DNA of 64,000 nt from Dicyema japonicum (GCA_011109175.1 RDEW01000076.1:62001-126000), one strand, 5' to 3'. Counted from the stretch's first letter, positions 22,892 to 35,920 are shown. Numbers and translations are program-made. The notes: generated by a model not told the origin, from the letters alone.

Positions 22892-25403
22892 TCAAAAATC
22901 CAAATTCATAATGTTGGAACGTACAAATTCCACTCTCAGACATAATATTTGTCTAACTTCCACCAGTGACAGTCTCCATTCAAAATGACTGTTATTCCAA
23001 ACAACAACCACTTCGTCCAACTACAATCAACCAACGACAAACGCTGTTACAACACAAAATCCCCATCATCTGAAGCAGTCTCCCGAACCAGTCCCTATAA
23101 GCCCACGTGCATTCGGAAGCCACGTAATCCGCCAATCCACGAATTTCCTTCTCCGCTAAAATTGCCCGATTCTAAATCACTAATAATAACCAACCACATC
23201 AAATGATGTTCGAAACACCGCCTTTTCAAGCATACTCACCAACTCACTCACAAAAATCCTCAAAAATGACTCATAACAGTCAACGACGAGGACAGTCTGA
23301 ACTGTACTCTAAATTTACCTTAAAAGTTGATATTTCATCCCCGACCTCTCCACATAATTCACCAATACTCATTTCTACCTCCCATTCTTCCAAATTCTGG
23401 AATAATCCATTAATACACCTTCAGATCCCCCAATGACATAGAGAAGGCATTCATCTTTCCAATATATTCCCTGATTATCGGAACCACCACATTTTGTCTC
23501 AAAAGGTCTGATACGACCCCTCTAAGTCTCCCAAATTGTTCTACAAGCTGACTTAACTCATGTCGAACATTATCTGACAGTTCAACTGACTCCTGTTGGG
23601 CAAATACCTCTAAATAGCTCAATATACTGTCTCCTCACCAACGTAGGAGGACTCACTCATAAGTCTGAGTGATGAAATCCTGTCAAAACATAGGGAGACA
23701 CTGTTTAGCAACACTGTCACCTCATTGTGGGATAAAGAAGGGTTGAATTGTGAACGTCCTTCTTGTTTCATATCCTCAGCCAATGAGGCAAGGTTAGACA
23801 ATAATAAGCAGTCTAAGAGTCCACAAGTTCGGTTTATGACAGCAAAGTCCCCTCAGAACTCCCAGTCTCAGCCATCCTGTCAAAGCACTTCCTTACAACA
23901 TAGAAGATCTCATCAAGGCCATCAAAGACAAACTTATCCATAAACTTGAACGGAATGAACTACCGTTAGTGAACACTTACCTTACTCATTACACCTTCAA
24001 TATATGCCATATCCATAGCAACCACGTGGTTTATTATCTCAGCCATTAGTATTCTCAGTCCACATCTACTTCTCAAGGCATAATATTTTGTCCTTACATC
24101 TGACACTATTACCACCAACAAACCTGACTTTACAGAGTCCGAGGCCAACTGTCCCAACTCACTCTACAATAACAATGAATATACATTGATCAGCATATCA
24201 CAGAATGTAAAGTACAGGTCACTTCGTTTGTATATGAGACACAGCTCAGAGGAGACCACATTCACTTGTTTTATGCACAATTGGGAGTTCTTTATGCTTG
24301 CTGGGCCAATCTAATCAGTTTATACCATAAATAGACCAGTTCTGTCAGTTGACGGGTTTTTCCGAATAATGCAAATAAATTGCGCATAACAGTGTCACAT
24401 GTAAGCTGTACCACTTCCAGTAGTCTCAACATGTAGCTTTTCTCGATCAAATCTGAAATGACAGCAAATGACAACAGAATTCAGACTGAACGAACAGAGT
24501 GAGTGAGTCCTCCAAAGTCCTAGCCATGGTCTCCAAGAATAGACAGGCATCGTCAGCAAAGTGCACCTTTTCTCTATAATCAGATTTGGATGATAATTTC
24601 CCAATATCCACAAAGTCAGATAGTAGTTTCGATGACAAATAGTGGGAATACTTGTCCACGGCAATGTCTTGAAGTGAAAGGAGGCTTAAAATCCTCAGAT
24701 TTTGACTAATTTGTGCCATTTCTGAGTTAACACTTAATAATTGGTCCAATTTGTTTATTGTGACTTCTTCAACAGTAGATTTGTACTCCTCCATCCTATC
24801 AAAGGTCTCTTCGTCCACATAATCTGCAATCAATTGACCCTAAACTTTCCATAAGAGTGGCTGATATCCTAAGGGTCTCCCTGTCCATTGAGTAAAATTT
24901 TTGTATTATTTTAGCCGCCAAAATAAAAAAAATATATAATACATGTTCGTAGTCGTCGTCCACAAGCGCAGAGGATATGTTGTCGAGACAGTGACGAGCT
25001 TCCAGTATGTTCTTTGCCCTTCTCAAACGAATCTCACATTTCTCCCTCTCAATTTGGATTTCTGTTATTGGTTCGGTTAAGGCTTTGATTCTCGTATTAA
25101 ACGAGTTTATTAGATGCGACAAATCTGTTGATTTATTTCTCAGCTCTTTCAATTTGTTGCTAATATGTTAATGAATGGCAAACTTATCATCCGTTACGGT
25201 TGACACGTGTTCTACAAAATGGTTGTTTTCCAAATGACTATTTAGTCTTTCATAGCATAGTTTCTATTGTTAGAGTGGAAGTACTTTTAGGTGGTTTGTT
25301 TGAATTTCTAGTTCCTCTAACTCATCAGGAGTTGTCAGATTCATAGCCCTGTTGTATAAATTTTCGATCTCTTTGATTTAATTAATTTAATACCATTATC
25401 CAT
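22892..25403 (-). CDS. COG4: Conserved oligomeric Golgi complex subunit 4
   Basis: RAKNILEARHCLDNISSALVDDDYEH-AAKII; FADDACLFLE; DEIFYVVRKC; C-terminal TWAYRDWFGRLLQM...WRLSLVEVRQILCLRVEF. Introns 21-29 nt. One apparent 1-nt loss at 23844-23846. Confidence 0.92.
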
Positions 25404-25499
25404 TCGACCCACTAAAATTGGGACTATCAATTTAAAATAAAATAAATAATTATATTAATATTAATGTTTCTGATAGTTAAAAATATATTTTTTTAATTA

Positions 25500-26450
25500 A
25501 CGCGCGTCATGTGGTTTGCCGAGCTCAGAACTTTCTTAAAGAAATACGACGTTGACATGTGCCTTCTACAGGAGACGAAACTGACACACTTCTCCCCCAT
25601 TCCAACACTTCCTGGGTACACTGTTATAGAAGGATCTCCATTTGGCGGTGGAGAAGTCATTACTCTATGATTGTTATCAAAAAGTTGGACCCAGTGTACT
25701 CACAGCACTAACACTGATATGTAACATATCCATAATATAAACACAATTCCAACTATGTGGAAGTTTGCCTACGTCCATCCACTGCAGAAACCTGGAAAAC
25801 CAAAAGAGTCCCCTTCTTATCAAGTAATATCTCTATTATGCACATTGTCAATAATTCTTGAGAAAATGGTCCCATAATTCCAGCACGGATTTAAGAAGGA
25901 CCTATCTATAATTACGCACCTGCAAACCCTCACGAACTTTATTATGGTGGGAGTTGAGTCAAAGCTTAGTCACCACAAAACTTTATTGTGCGCGGTTGAC
26001 ATCCGCAGGGTTTTTGACTCGGTCCCCAGAAAAATCTTAACGGGGAAGATCTACTGTTCAGAAATCCCCAATATTTTCAAAAGATGACTCGGGAACTTTC
26101 TAACTGGTTGAAGAGGAGAGGTCGGACAGACTTCAAGAATGGTTGAAAAGAAATTCAATGTCCTCGATCTTTCATTAACCGTCGAATAGAAGGCTATCAA
26201 GTTATTCCGCAGAACTATTTTTGAATTATGAACTAATCTCACACAAGAACAAGGTAAGATTCTGGGAATAACATTTGATGCCACCGTGACCTACTCGTCT
26301 CAAAATTTAAAGGATCCTCAAACTGGTATTCACGTTGTACACCCAAATCATCAAGTCTACTGTAAGTTATGGATGTGCTGCTTGGAAAACAAAACTTGGC
26401 AGAACAGACATGGATAAGATCAACTCTGCTTAATCTAGTACAGTCCGACC
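25500..26450 (+). mobile_element. Jockey/I-like LINE remnant (APE plus RT fragments)
   Basis: ELRTFLKKYDVDMCLLQETKL; later VDIRRVFDSVP-like RT motif. Confidence 0.7.
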
Positions 26451-26649
26451 CTGAAATGGGGCAAAAATTCCCTAATTTTGAGGTTTCCCCAAAAAAATGA
26501 GGGTCTTCTTAAAAAGCCTAATAAAAAATGTGGAAAATTACTTTTATGATAATAAATTATTGAATTTTTATTTTGATAAAGAAATCTGTCATTTTCATGA
26601 TATTTTGTTTTTTTATAGTTAATGCACAATATCTGCTTGAATGGGCCTT

Positions 26650-27060
26650 CTGAGTCAACTCACGTCTGATGAAATTTGATCTGAAAGTTATTTGATCAAT
26701 TAATGGGTTGACTCGTATTTTGATTAAATAAATTCGTCTCAGGCCTTTTTGAATATGATGTTGTAAATTTTGAACCCCTTATAGCTTCATCTATCTGAGA
26801 TACAGGATTTTTATCAAAATTATTTCATTATCCAAAAATGATTTTAAACACTTATCCCTTTGTGCCATTTCTGTATTAAAGAAGTCGTACTTTTAAAATA
26901 TTATGTCGATGTTGTATATTGGATACAAGTAGACATAATTAACTTTTCTGGTTCCGTGGACATTGCTATTAATACAAGTTGCATTATCTATCAGTAATAC
27001 TATTTTTCTTCTCTCCCTCATTACTTTGTTAATATGAGATAGTCAATTAATTAAAAATAC
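26650..27060 (-). mobile_element. pogo DDE_1 transposase remnant
   Basis: RRKIVLLIDNA and STTSLIQ...GI..LKSF. Confidence 0.5.
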
Positions 27061-27239
27061 GGTCATATCCCTAATTTAATAAGATAAATTTAAAAATTAA
27101 AAATTGTGACATTACTTTCAATATTGAATAAGCTTTAAAATATATTAATAATTGGGGGTTTATTCGTTAATAATTTTCCACATTTGGGGGTTTATTACTA
27201 AAAGAAAATTTAATTATCACTATTAGAATGATAAAATCT

Positions 27240-27474
27240 CCCCAAAATCGAGGCTTTCCCCAAAACGAGGTCGGACTGCATAATCAAAACAATCTTCGAA
27301 TAACAGAACTACCACTAATGGCAACCCCGTTTGAGGTTTATGTGAGGAAGTCGGGCGGCATATTCACTCAAAATGGAAAACCGCCAGAAGAACGGTGTTA
27401 TTGAAAATGTGTCGGTTCCGAGAGGACATTGGGAAAAGATGAGAATATTGCTGAGAGAAGCTGGGATCACCTGA
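27240..27474 (+). mobile_element. LINE 3' end
   Basis: Ends MRILLREAGIT*, the same terminus as other family members. Confidence 0.45.
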
Positions 27475-27589
27475 TGGCGTTTCCTTTTAATTAGTGTTTA
27501 CCTGGTGATTTTTTGCTTAATAATATTTTTAATAAGTCAATTTTTTAATTCGATTAAATGTATAAAATTCAAATGAGAGTTAAAGAGGA

Positions 27590-27830
27590 GGTCAGGAACC
27601 AGTCGATAAAAAGGAGTGGGCATTTCCTTTAACAATTGCCATTTCAAGACGTTTGTGAAGCCAATGCCGCTCCCGAGGATTCCCCACCTTGAACAAGATT
27701 ACAATTTTGATCTTTCGGTGAACACCTCTAGTGACAGGTCCGTCACAAAGTTTGTCTGAACAAGGCAAAACAATGCTTCTGATCCTAGATAGTTGTTCCC
27801 GTTTAGGAGCCAATGAAAGGACTCACAGAG
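27590..27830 (-). mobile_element. CRE-like 3' end fragment
   Basis: GNPRERHWLHKRLEMAIVKGNAHSF. Confidence 0.65.
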
Positions 27831-28029
27831 TGAAGATCCTTCATTTGGATTTGATTCAATAACCTTTCTTTTGTAGATCAGAGAGTAACCTCATAAGTGA
27901 AGACCTCTCCTAAGATGTGGTAAATACAATCTCTGCTTATAAGCAGGTTTAAGAAGTATACGATGTAACTGGAGTTCACATTCACATGGTTCCCATTAGT
28001 AAGTCCAATATAGTACTCAATAATGGCTT

Positions 28030-28400
28030 TAAAGTTAGTTAAGTAACCCCGGCCTCATTAACTTGTAAGAGACTAGAGCTATTCAGGACGCAGCTATTGC
28101 TGGTCGCTTCAATACATCAGTCAGTCTTGGCATTGTAGACGAACAGCGTACTATTTCAGGACATTCAAATAGGTGATTTGCTGTCAACTCAGAGAAGTCT
28201 AAAAAACAGAGGACATATTTTACATCATCCAGTTTACGCACGTCAGTAATGAGTGGGTAGCGCCCACATTGTAGACAAGCCAGGTTTACCCGGATGTCCC
28301 TTGGAAGAGAGGATTCTGATTGGTCGATTAGAGGAGGGGGTCGTTGTAGTATAAATTCACATCTTCCACCATCCTGACAATAACACTTCATCACTCAAAT
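28030..28400 (-). mobile_element. LINE 3' end with (CTAA) tail
   Basis: CLQCG...TANHLFECP; LLQVNEAGVT* followed by CTAAC; near-identical to 34220-34280. Confidence 0.7.
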
Positions 28401-28467
28401 AGACTTTCGCACAAATGGCATACAAGAAATAATATCTCCTCAAAAAATCCCGCTCTGAATTTGAATA

Positions 28468-29310
28468 TGTCACAGGCGCGTTACCGAGCGCTACGCGTTA
28501 CATAATGCTCAAATTTACAATTTCAAGCATTTTTTAAACTTTACACATGTTTTTCTCATTTATTATAATTAAAATTAAAAAAATTCTAATTTAAATATTT
28601 TTGGAAGGCGCAACAATTTTTAAATTTTAAATAGCATAATACAGGCGTGTTTTATAAAGTTAAGCTGATGGCTCGGTTTTCGTTAAAACAACCCAGGAAT
28701 AAATTGATATAATGGAAGAGAAGGGGATCGTAGATCTAATGACAAGACAAAAAATACCGATTAACTCAAAAGTCAAAGATTTTTTTATCTATCAATGGGA
28801 GGTTATACCTTAAAGACACAAACGAAACCACAAATTGTGATCTTCTCTAAAATTAGTGTCCTCGCAAATTCATCAATTGACCCATTTGGACACAACACAT
28901 TGGAACAATATTGCAATGAAAGATATTTTTTCATGAAAAGAGAAATTATTTTGAAAGTGGTGTCAGAATGTGATATTCCATGTAGAGCATTATGTAACTG
29001 CTTCAACGTCCAACAAATTCATATTGTGCCTAACAATCCAAGGAGTCAAGGGATCATCGAACACTTTCAGATAATCACAAGATCACTATCTAAGATGATC
29101 TCCGAAGATAAGTGGTGGACTAAAAACATAAAGGAAGCAGATGGAGTGGACATGGCGTTAATGGTAATTGATTCAATGCACGACAATACAACGAGCGAAA
29201 ATTCGATCAAATTGCACATATTGACGGGATCTTCCGTTCGACAGCGGAGCGTATCTCCAACTTCCGGCTTGAGGAATACTCACGGAAGCAGGCCAAACTG
29301 GTAGTCAGAC
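28468..29310 (+). mobile_element. Ginger-type transposon 5' end with integrase remnant
   Basis: Terminus TGTCACAGGCGCGTTAC related to the 48271/52262 TIRs; ORF REIILKVVSEC..C...IHIVPNNPRSQGIIE. Confidence 0.7.
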
Positions 29311-29569
29311 TCGGAAAGCTTGGAATCATTCTCTACCTGTATATCTCTCGTCGCTAATGGCCTGTAACACTTTTGTCAAGAGGATTCTACACTCCCTCCC
29401 TGAATTCTCGTCATACCAGGACGTCGCTCATGTCATGAGGCCTGGAGATGTACCCATTAGTTTCCCAACCTTCCATGATCATTACAAAGCCACACATGAA
29501 ACGCATCAAAAAATAATTAAAGATGAATAATTTTTACATGATATTAATTTTAAATTAATAAAAAAAACT

Positions 29570-30330
29570 TGAAGCGTTTGCAGCTCTGGGAAATACCCAA
29601 TGAACCTCAAATCGGCCAGATTATTCTCGTAGTTTTTTTAGTTTGGATTTAACGTTAAAACTCTGGCAGAAGCACTTAGAACTGTTTTTACATATAGTAA
29701 AAAATTAATTTGTTAACAAAATTATTTTTTTATTTATATAGTTATTTTCAAAAAAAGTTCTTTGAGCACTGATGGTAGTATTGTTTTTGGTCTCCGTATT
29801 GCATAAAGTATATTTCCATTGCAATGTGGCAGGAATGCCGACGTCCATCCGCAGAACATGACCAAAAAGTTTCCATCTCGATTTCAGAATTTCCACTGAC
29901 AAAGTTTATGAATTACGTTTCTTGTATGAACAATTATTCGAGATCTTTACCAGATATCGTATCTTAAGGAGCATAGGGGACATAGAGTCCCCTTGAGGTA
30001 TTCCCCACGTTGTGTGAAAATATCTTGTAGTTTTTTTCCGATTCTTACACAAAGTTGTGTATTCTTGAGTAACAGATTTATCATTTTTGTTTACTCAGTT
30101 TGGAAATAGTATCAAGAGCAAGCCTTTGTGGATGGATTCAAAAGCTCGAGTCATGTCGACCTCAAGCATCTCAATGTTTTTTGTATTTTTGACATAAGGA
30201 ACCAGCCCATCGATGTGCCCAGATTACGTCAACGGTTGATCTTTCCCAGAATCCGCTTTGTCCAGAGAATAAAAACCGTTAGCTTTGTCTTTTATTAGGT
30301 GCAGTATAATGAGGGATGATGTTTTCCTTA
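29570..30330 (-). mobile_element. RTE LINE remnant (RT and 3' end)
   Basis: PQGDSMSPML; SRWKLFGHVLRMDVGIPA. Confidence 0.65.
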
Positions 30331-30779
30331 ATGTCGTCACTAATTGGCCTCAGATTATTATCTCTATTCAGAATATAACCTGTCAGTTAATAGAAATCAC
30401 AACATTTTGAATTCTTTGTTTTCTTTTTTGACCGTACTTAATAATGACAATAATTATACCACCACCATGTCTATAACTGAATCCTCCATAGTAGTTATTT
30501 AATTTTTATTATTTAAATAAAATAAATTAAATTATTCCAAAGACCAATTGTAAAATCAAACTGTATTTTTTTCATTTCAAAACCAAACTAATTCCTTGAT
30601 CTTGACACGTTCCAGCAGGACCCTCACTCAAGCACAGTGATCCAGAGGATTATTCCCACATGCTACCTACTTGGTCTAAGGATTCTTTTCTGTATTTGAA
30701 TCTTCAATTCTTAAGAGGCGTTATCTGCTCTAAATCAATAAACGCTCAATGTATGGCCGGAACCCATAATAAATCCCTC

Positions 30780-31240
30780 TATTTCATACTACAATGGAGG
30801 GGTGTTCAAAAATGGCGTGTTTGACGTTGCAAAACAAATGTCAAAGACGAGCTTTGGACGCTGCTGGACACCCTTTCTATACTTGAACCAGATTGACAGG
30901 AAACGACCCGGATGACCATCTTCTCTTTTGAAGTCGGGAAACCTCTTGTCTTGGACGTCACCTGCACTGACACATCGCCCCTTGCAACCTACTACATCAA
31001 AGTGCTTCTGGAGTCTGCTCTGCCGCTGAGAAGCCTGAGAGGTCAAAACAAGCAAAATACTCGGTCTTACCAAAGGATTTTTGTTTGTGCCGATAGCGAT
31101 AAAAGCGTCTGCTTCCATTGCGCCTGCGACGGTGGAATTCCTGAGTCGTCTGGAGAATTGGATTTCTACATGAACAGGAGATCTCTGTTGACTATTTGAG
31201 CGGATCTCGCTCGTCATCCTGAAAGGGAATAGCCACACTT
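30780..31240 (+). mobile_element. CRE-like RLE fragment
   Basis: MTIFSFEVGKPLVLDVTCTDT; ERISLVILKGNSHT. Confidence 0.75.
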
Positions 31241-31242
31241 TT

Positions 31243-31720
31243 AGTTAAAAGACCAGCATTGTGAAGATGTTCCCTCAGATCACCTCAACTTCGAGTCTCT
31301 GCCTCAACCAGAGTCCTTCGCGTGGCTCGCATTTCTACAAGACAAGCCTTAGTCCGATACTGGAAAAAGTCTCCATCGCAATAAGAATAAAAAGGTAGTT
31401 ATTCCTGAGTGATTCGTACTTTCAGATTTCCTCGACCTCTGCATTATCTGCGGCGTCTCCAGGTGAGTGTATCGCCTTTATCAATCTGGCCACAGAAAAG
31501 GCGTCCACACATGTGGCGTCCCAAACTAGTGATTTTCCGTTGGATTATGGAAATAATGACATTCCATCTGGCTCCTTCCCTGGCTAGCTATAATATCCTT
31601 GAGTTTCACTCGTTAGAATTAATTTGATAGAGTTGGAACTAATCCTGCCGAACCGTATGGATCGTGAAGCGGAAGAGGGATAAGCGAGAGAGAAGCTGCT
31701 TCTTATAAATTGTTAGGGGA
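31243..31720 (-). mobile_element. CRE-like RLE fragment, tail-to-tail with the previous copy
   Basis: PDGMSLFP*SNGKSLVWDATCVDA; EPREGLWLRQRLEVEVI*GN. Confidence 0.75.
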
Positions 31721-31799
31721 AATGTGTTTTCAAATCTGAGAGCGGCCTTCCTTGACTGAAAAGAACCTTTGGCTAGTCGTTAACCTTTATCTAAATTTT

Positions 31800-32120
31800 T
31801 TTATATTGCCAAAAAGTAAGGTAAACTTTTTCTATAATAATGCTTAAAGTTCTTGATCGTTCCTACATCTATTGGTTGTAGATGAGCGGTTGTGTTTTTT
31901 GAAAGGAATAAAATTTCAATGTTTTCAAAAAATGTCGTTAAAACGTGGCTTGGAGTACTATCAGTCAGTAAAATGAAATTTTTTAAGTAACATTTTAATT
32001 CATCACTAAGATAACTGATGAAAACATTTAACAGTCTGTCGTCATCCAGCCCCTTTATTGCATAGTACAATATTTTCAAAATCAAACTCTTTAAGCATCT
32101 AGGAGATAGTTCTCCCATAT
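31800..32120 (-). mobile_element. pogo/Tigger DDE_1 transposase fragment
   Basis: FILLTDSTPSH...NIEILFLSKNTTAHLQPIDVGTIKNFKHYYRK. Confidence 0.8.
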
Positions 32121-32294
32121 GCTAGGAGATTAAGAGTAGGTTCAGGAGATAATCTGTAAATTTACAATAAAGAAGTAAAGACTACAGATATTGTGTATCT
32201 TAAGCCATTAAAATTTAATTAATAAAAAATAATAGTTATGTAAGCCTGAGAGTCGATATTTACGAGTCATTGCGGCGTCTGAAGGACTATACTT

Positions 32295-34277
32295 GGACTA
32301 TACAAAACTAAAGGATTTTGGGGCACTTTACGTGGAATTCAGTCCAAACAAAATAGAATGGAGACAACCCACGCCACCAGGATTGACAAGAATCAAACAC
32401 CACGTGATTTCACTCATCAAGCGATGTCATAATGGACCACTACGTAAAAGTGAGTCACATAGATATGAACAAATGCTCTCGTCCATGCAAATTGAAAAAC
32501 GTTCAAACTCCTCAAGGAAAATCGATTGAAATCAGTACGTTGGATGTCGAAAAACTCATCAAAAACGCCAAAAACTCTCCTGTCAAAGGGCTTGATGGAA
32601 TCTGCATTCTGCATTTAAAGCACCTGGGAACGCAAGGACTCAAAGCAATAACAGACATAATTTCTGTGTCCATCAACACCTGCAGAATTCCTGCACTATG
32701 GAAAAAATCCAAAATAATCCCAATCCTGAAGGCCAAGAAAGATCCTTCAGATCCGGGATCTTTCAGACCAATTTCACTACTATCTGTAGTATCGAAAATT
32801 GTTGAATGTGTACTGAAACTAATATCGAAGTATCTTCCCTGATTTTCAACATGGCTTTCGTCCACAATACTCAACATTAACACATCTCTCTACCCTAACT
32901 CAATATATCGCTGATGGTTTTAACAATTATAATCCTCCCAAACGGACTATCCTCGCATCGATCGACCTAACCAAGGCGCGTGCAAAGTAACAAAATTCTT
33001 GTATCTGGAATTCCTCCACGTCTACAGAATTGGTTAACGAATTTCCTCTCTGGAAGAATTGGTCGAGCTGAAATTATCTCATGTCTGTCTAATTACAGAC
33101 TCTTCCAAATGGAGTTCCCCGAGGCTCCGTTTTATCACCCACCTTATTCAACTTACACCTAGGCGACATTCCAATCAATTCCAAGACACTTCTACATTTG
33201 TATGCGGATGACATGATTGTTGCCTCTAAAGACATAGACGTTAACGAAGCAACGAAAAATGTTCAGATCTACTTGAACACTCTTGAAGACTGGCTTGGAA
33301 CAAACCACCAATCCCCCTCTCCATCGAAATCCACCGTCACTGAATTCACGTCCAACCGCCGCCAACTAAATTTTCAACCAATTTTAACAATTCATGGACA
33401 ACCACTCACCGTTACGAAACATCCCAAAATACTTGAAGTTATTTATGACCAACTACTAACTTTCTCTAAACATGTGGAGGAACAATGTACAAAGGCCTCT
33501 AACAAGATCAACATACTTAAAGCTGTGTCAGGTCATTCCTTTGGCCAAAGCAAAGAAGTCCTAACCATCATAAACAATTCATTCGAACAACTATCAACTA
33601 TGCAAGCCCTTGCTGGTCAACCTCTGCCTCTCTTACTTCTATTGACAAATTAACAAAAAGTACAAAACATCGCGCTCAGGATAATTACTGGATGTCTCAG
33701 ATCAACTCTTGTCGATCATCTACATTGGGAGTCAAAGATCCTTTCAATTGGAGACCATCTGGAAATGAGAGCCCTGCAGTTCCTCTCCCAAGCCTACAGT
33801 CTAGAACATCCCTGCCACTCATTATGCAAGACGCAAAACAAAAGGAAAATTATTATGACAATTAGTGACCTGTCTCAATGTTATCATCCATTCCTTCCAT
33901 CCCCAATGACAGGAGTCGTCTGAACAGATACACGATTTTGTTTCTACGAGGAGCATCCGAAGACTCGGAGACAATTACAGCGACCCCTTCCTCCAATAGA
34001 CCAATCAGAATCCTCTCTTTCAAGGGACGTGCGAGTAAACCTGGCTCGTCTATGATGTGGGAACAACCCATATCTACCAGCTTATGATGTACTCTGCCTC
34101 TTTTGCAACCTCCACGTGCTGACAACAAATCACCTTATTTCAATGTCATGAATTGGCAAGACATTTCTCCACAATGTCGGAACTGACCGATCTATGGGAG
34201 ACCAACATCTGCGTGCTACTTAATAGCTGCTGGCCTCCTACAAGTTAATAAGGCTGGGGTTACTTAACTAACTAACT
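32295..34277 (+). mobile_element. Jockey/I-like LINE, 5'-truncated, with 13-bp TSD and (CTAA)3 tail
   Basis: TSD AAGGACTATACTT (32282-32294) / AAGGGCTATACTT (34278-34290); RT motifs KIIPILK..FRPISLLS and YADD; ends NKAGVT*. Confidence 0.9.
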
Positions 34278-34379
34278 AAGGGCTATACTTAGCGCCGATT
34301 GTGAATCATCTGACGGAACGAGCATTAATCTTTTATATTCAAGGCAAGTGACACAAATATGCTCCGAGGTTGATTACAG

Positions 34380-34720
34380 CTTTGAAAACTAGGTTCGTTC
34401 CACTCAAAGTATAAACTTCCGGTACCATTCCCGGGACACTAGAAAATCAGATATTGACACGCATCGGTAATCTCCGCGAGCTATTGAGCAAATCTCGCTA
34501 ATACTGAGAGGGAATAGCCATGTAATCAGGGTGGCTGACGTATGGTCCTCGAGTTGGTTGTTCAACGATTGTTAAATAAAATCTAAAAAACTAAAGCCTT
34601 CTAGTTAAGAGGCAGAAATGCGTAAGCGTTCTTTCTGATCACCACCAATTCGATCCTCTGCCTCAACCGAAGTCCTTCGCTGGGTTCGATATTGGAGAGA
34701 AAGGCGTCCGTCTAAGCACT
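34380..34720. mobile_element. Two convergent CRE-like 3' ends (+ 34380-34530, - 34600-34720)
   Basis: Plus strand EQISL...RGNSHV; minus strand EPSEGLRLRQRIELVVIRKNAYAF. Confidence 0.65.
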
Positions 34721-35139
34721 AAAAAAATTCTTGATAAATCTTACCTTCCTGTGATTTTCCGTTTGTTTATCTCGCAGTAGAAACCTCCGGAGGCTCCGTA
34801 TATACGTCCTAAGCTTTTCTAAAAAGACTATTTCAGCCGGCTCAGGGGACCTTCGTGAGCATTGATGGTTGAGCCATGAATCATTTAATTATGGGGAACA
34901 ATGATAACGTTTATGCATACCTTGGGACCTATGGAAACAACGGTTGTTTTGACATCTCCTTGTAGTGGTAATTGTTCGTGGGAATGCCCACTGTTTATTG
35001 GCAGCTGGTCCACTTAGATAAAGAGCTTAATGTTAATTAATTGTGAAAGGATTTACTATAAAATAATTAAAATAAATTAATTTATAATAAATCATTTTTT
35101 TAAATCTTAAATTTTTTTATTCTAGAAATAGGTTATATC

Positions 35140-35800
35140 TAACCAATGGTGTCTTACAAGGTTCCCCCTTATCACCCGCCTTATTTAACTTATACATGTC
35201 CAATTTATCACAACTCGATAATAAACGATTTCCTTCTATCACATGCTGATGACCCATTAATCGGATCCCGCAAACAAGATCTCCTAAAAGCATCAGATAG
35301 ACTACAAGAATACCTTCACAGGATTCAAATTTGGCTAAATTATAACCGGCTTGATATATCTACTGAAAAATCTTCTTCCTTATTTACCTCAGACAAACGA
35401 CTTGGACAAATGACATATATCAACCAGACCAAAATACTTTTCACCAAGAAACTGAAAATCTTACGGATCACCTTTGACACACACGTCCTTTTCATCGACG
35501 GCATCTCTGGAAGCTGCTCAAGAAAGCTAGGGATAATCAAAACTATTTTCTGTGCCATTAAAGCCCTTATCCCAGCTTTGAAATTATTGTACAAACAATC
35601 CATTGAGCCATCAGTCAGCTATGCCTGTACATAATGGGGAATCAATCTGTCCTGGACGAACAAACAAAGAATCAGTGACATTCAGGCCTTAACAGTTACT
35701 ACTATTAGTAATCTCGGGAAACTAAAAAAACTAATTCCCTCATCACTTGAAGATCTCATCCGACAAAATGGAAAGGGATTTGCTACCCTGTGCAGTGAGT
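35140..35800 (+). mobile_element. Jockey/I-like LINE RT fragment
   Basis: FLLSHADD...WLNYNRLDISTEKSSSLFTSD...LYKQSIEPSVSYAC. Confidence 0.75.
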
Positions 35801-35920
35801 GCAACTCCCAACATTACACAATCACAACGTGTCTTATGAGAAGGGTATACATCACCCCTCTCTAATTCTAATTATTCGAATTTGTAAGATCACTTATGTA
35901 ATTTACTAAATGTAATACAC

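Noticed and set aside
24085-24135. Possible 18-nt in-frame intron in COG4 (GTTTGTTGGTGGTAATAG, minus strand)
   Set aside because: The frame is open with or without it, and the region is too variable for homology to decide.
27360-27474. Copia-like integrase motif (PQQNGV..E)
   Set aside because: It needs frameshifts to read, and the segment ends in the LINE-family EAGIT* terminus.
30789-31238. Long antisense ORFs in the track (e.g. 30789-31238, 17343-17819, 18618-18974, 49341-49610) as independent genes
   Set aside because: They are shadows of transposon ORFs on the opposite strand.
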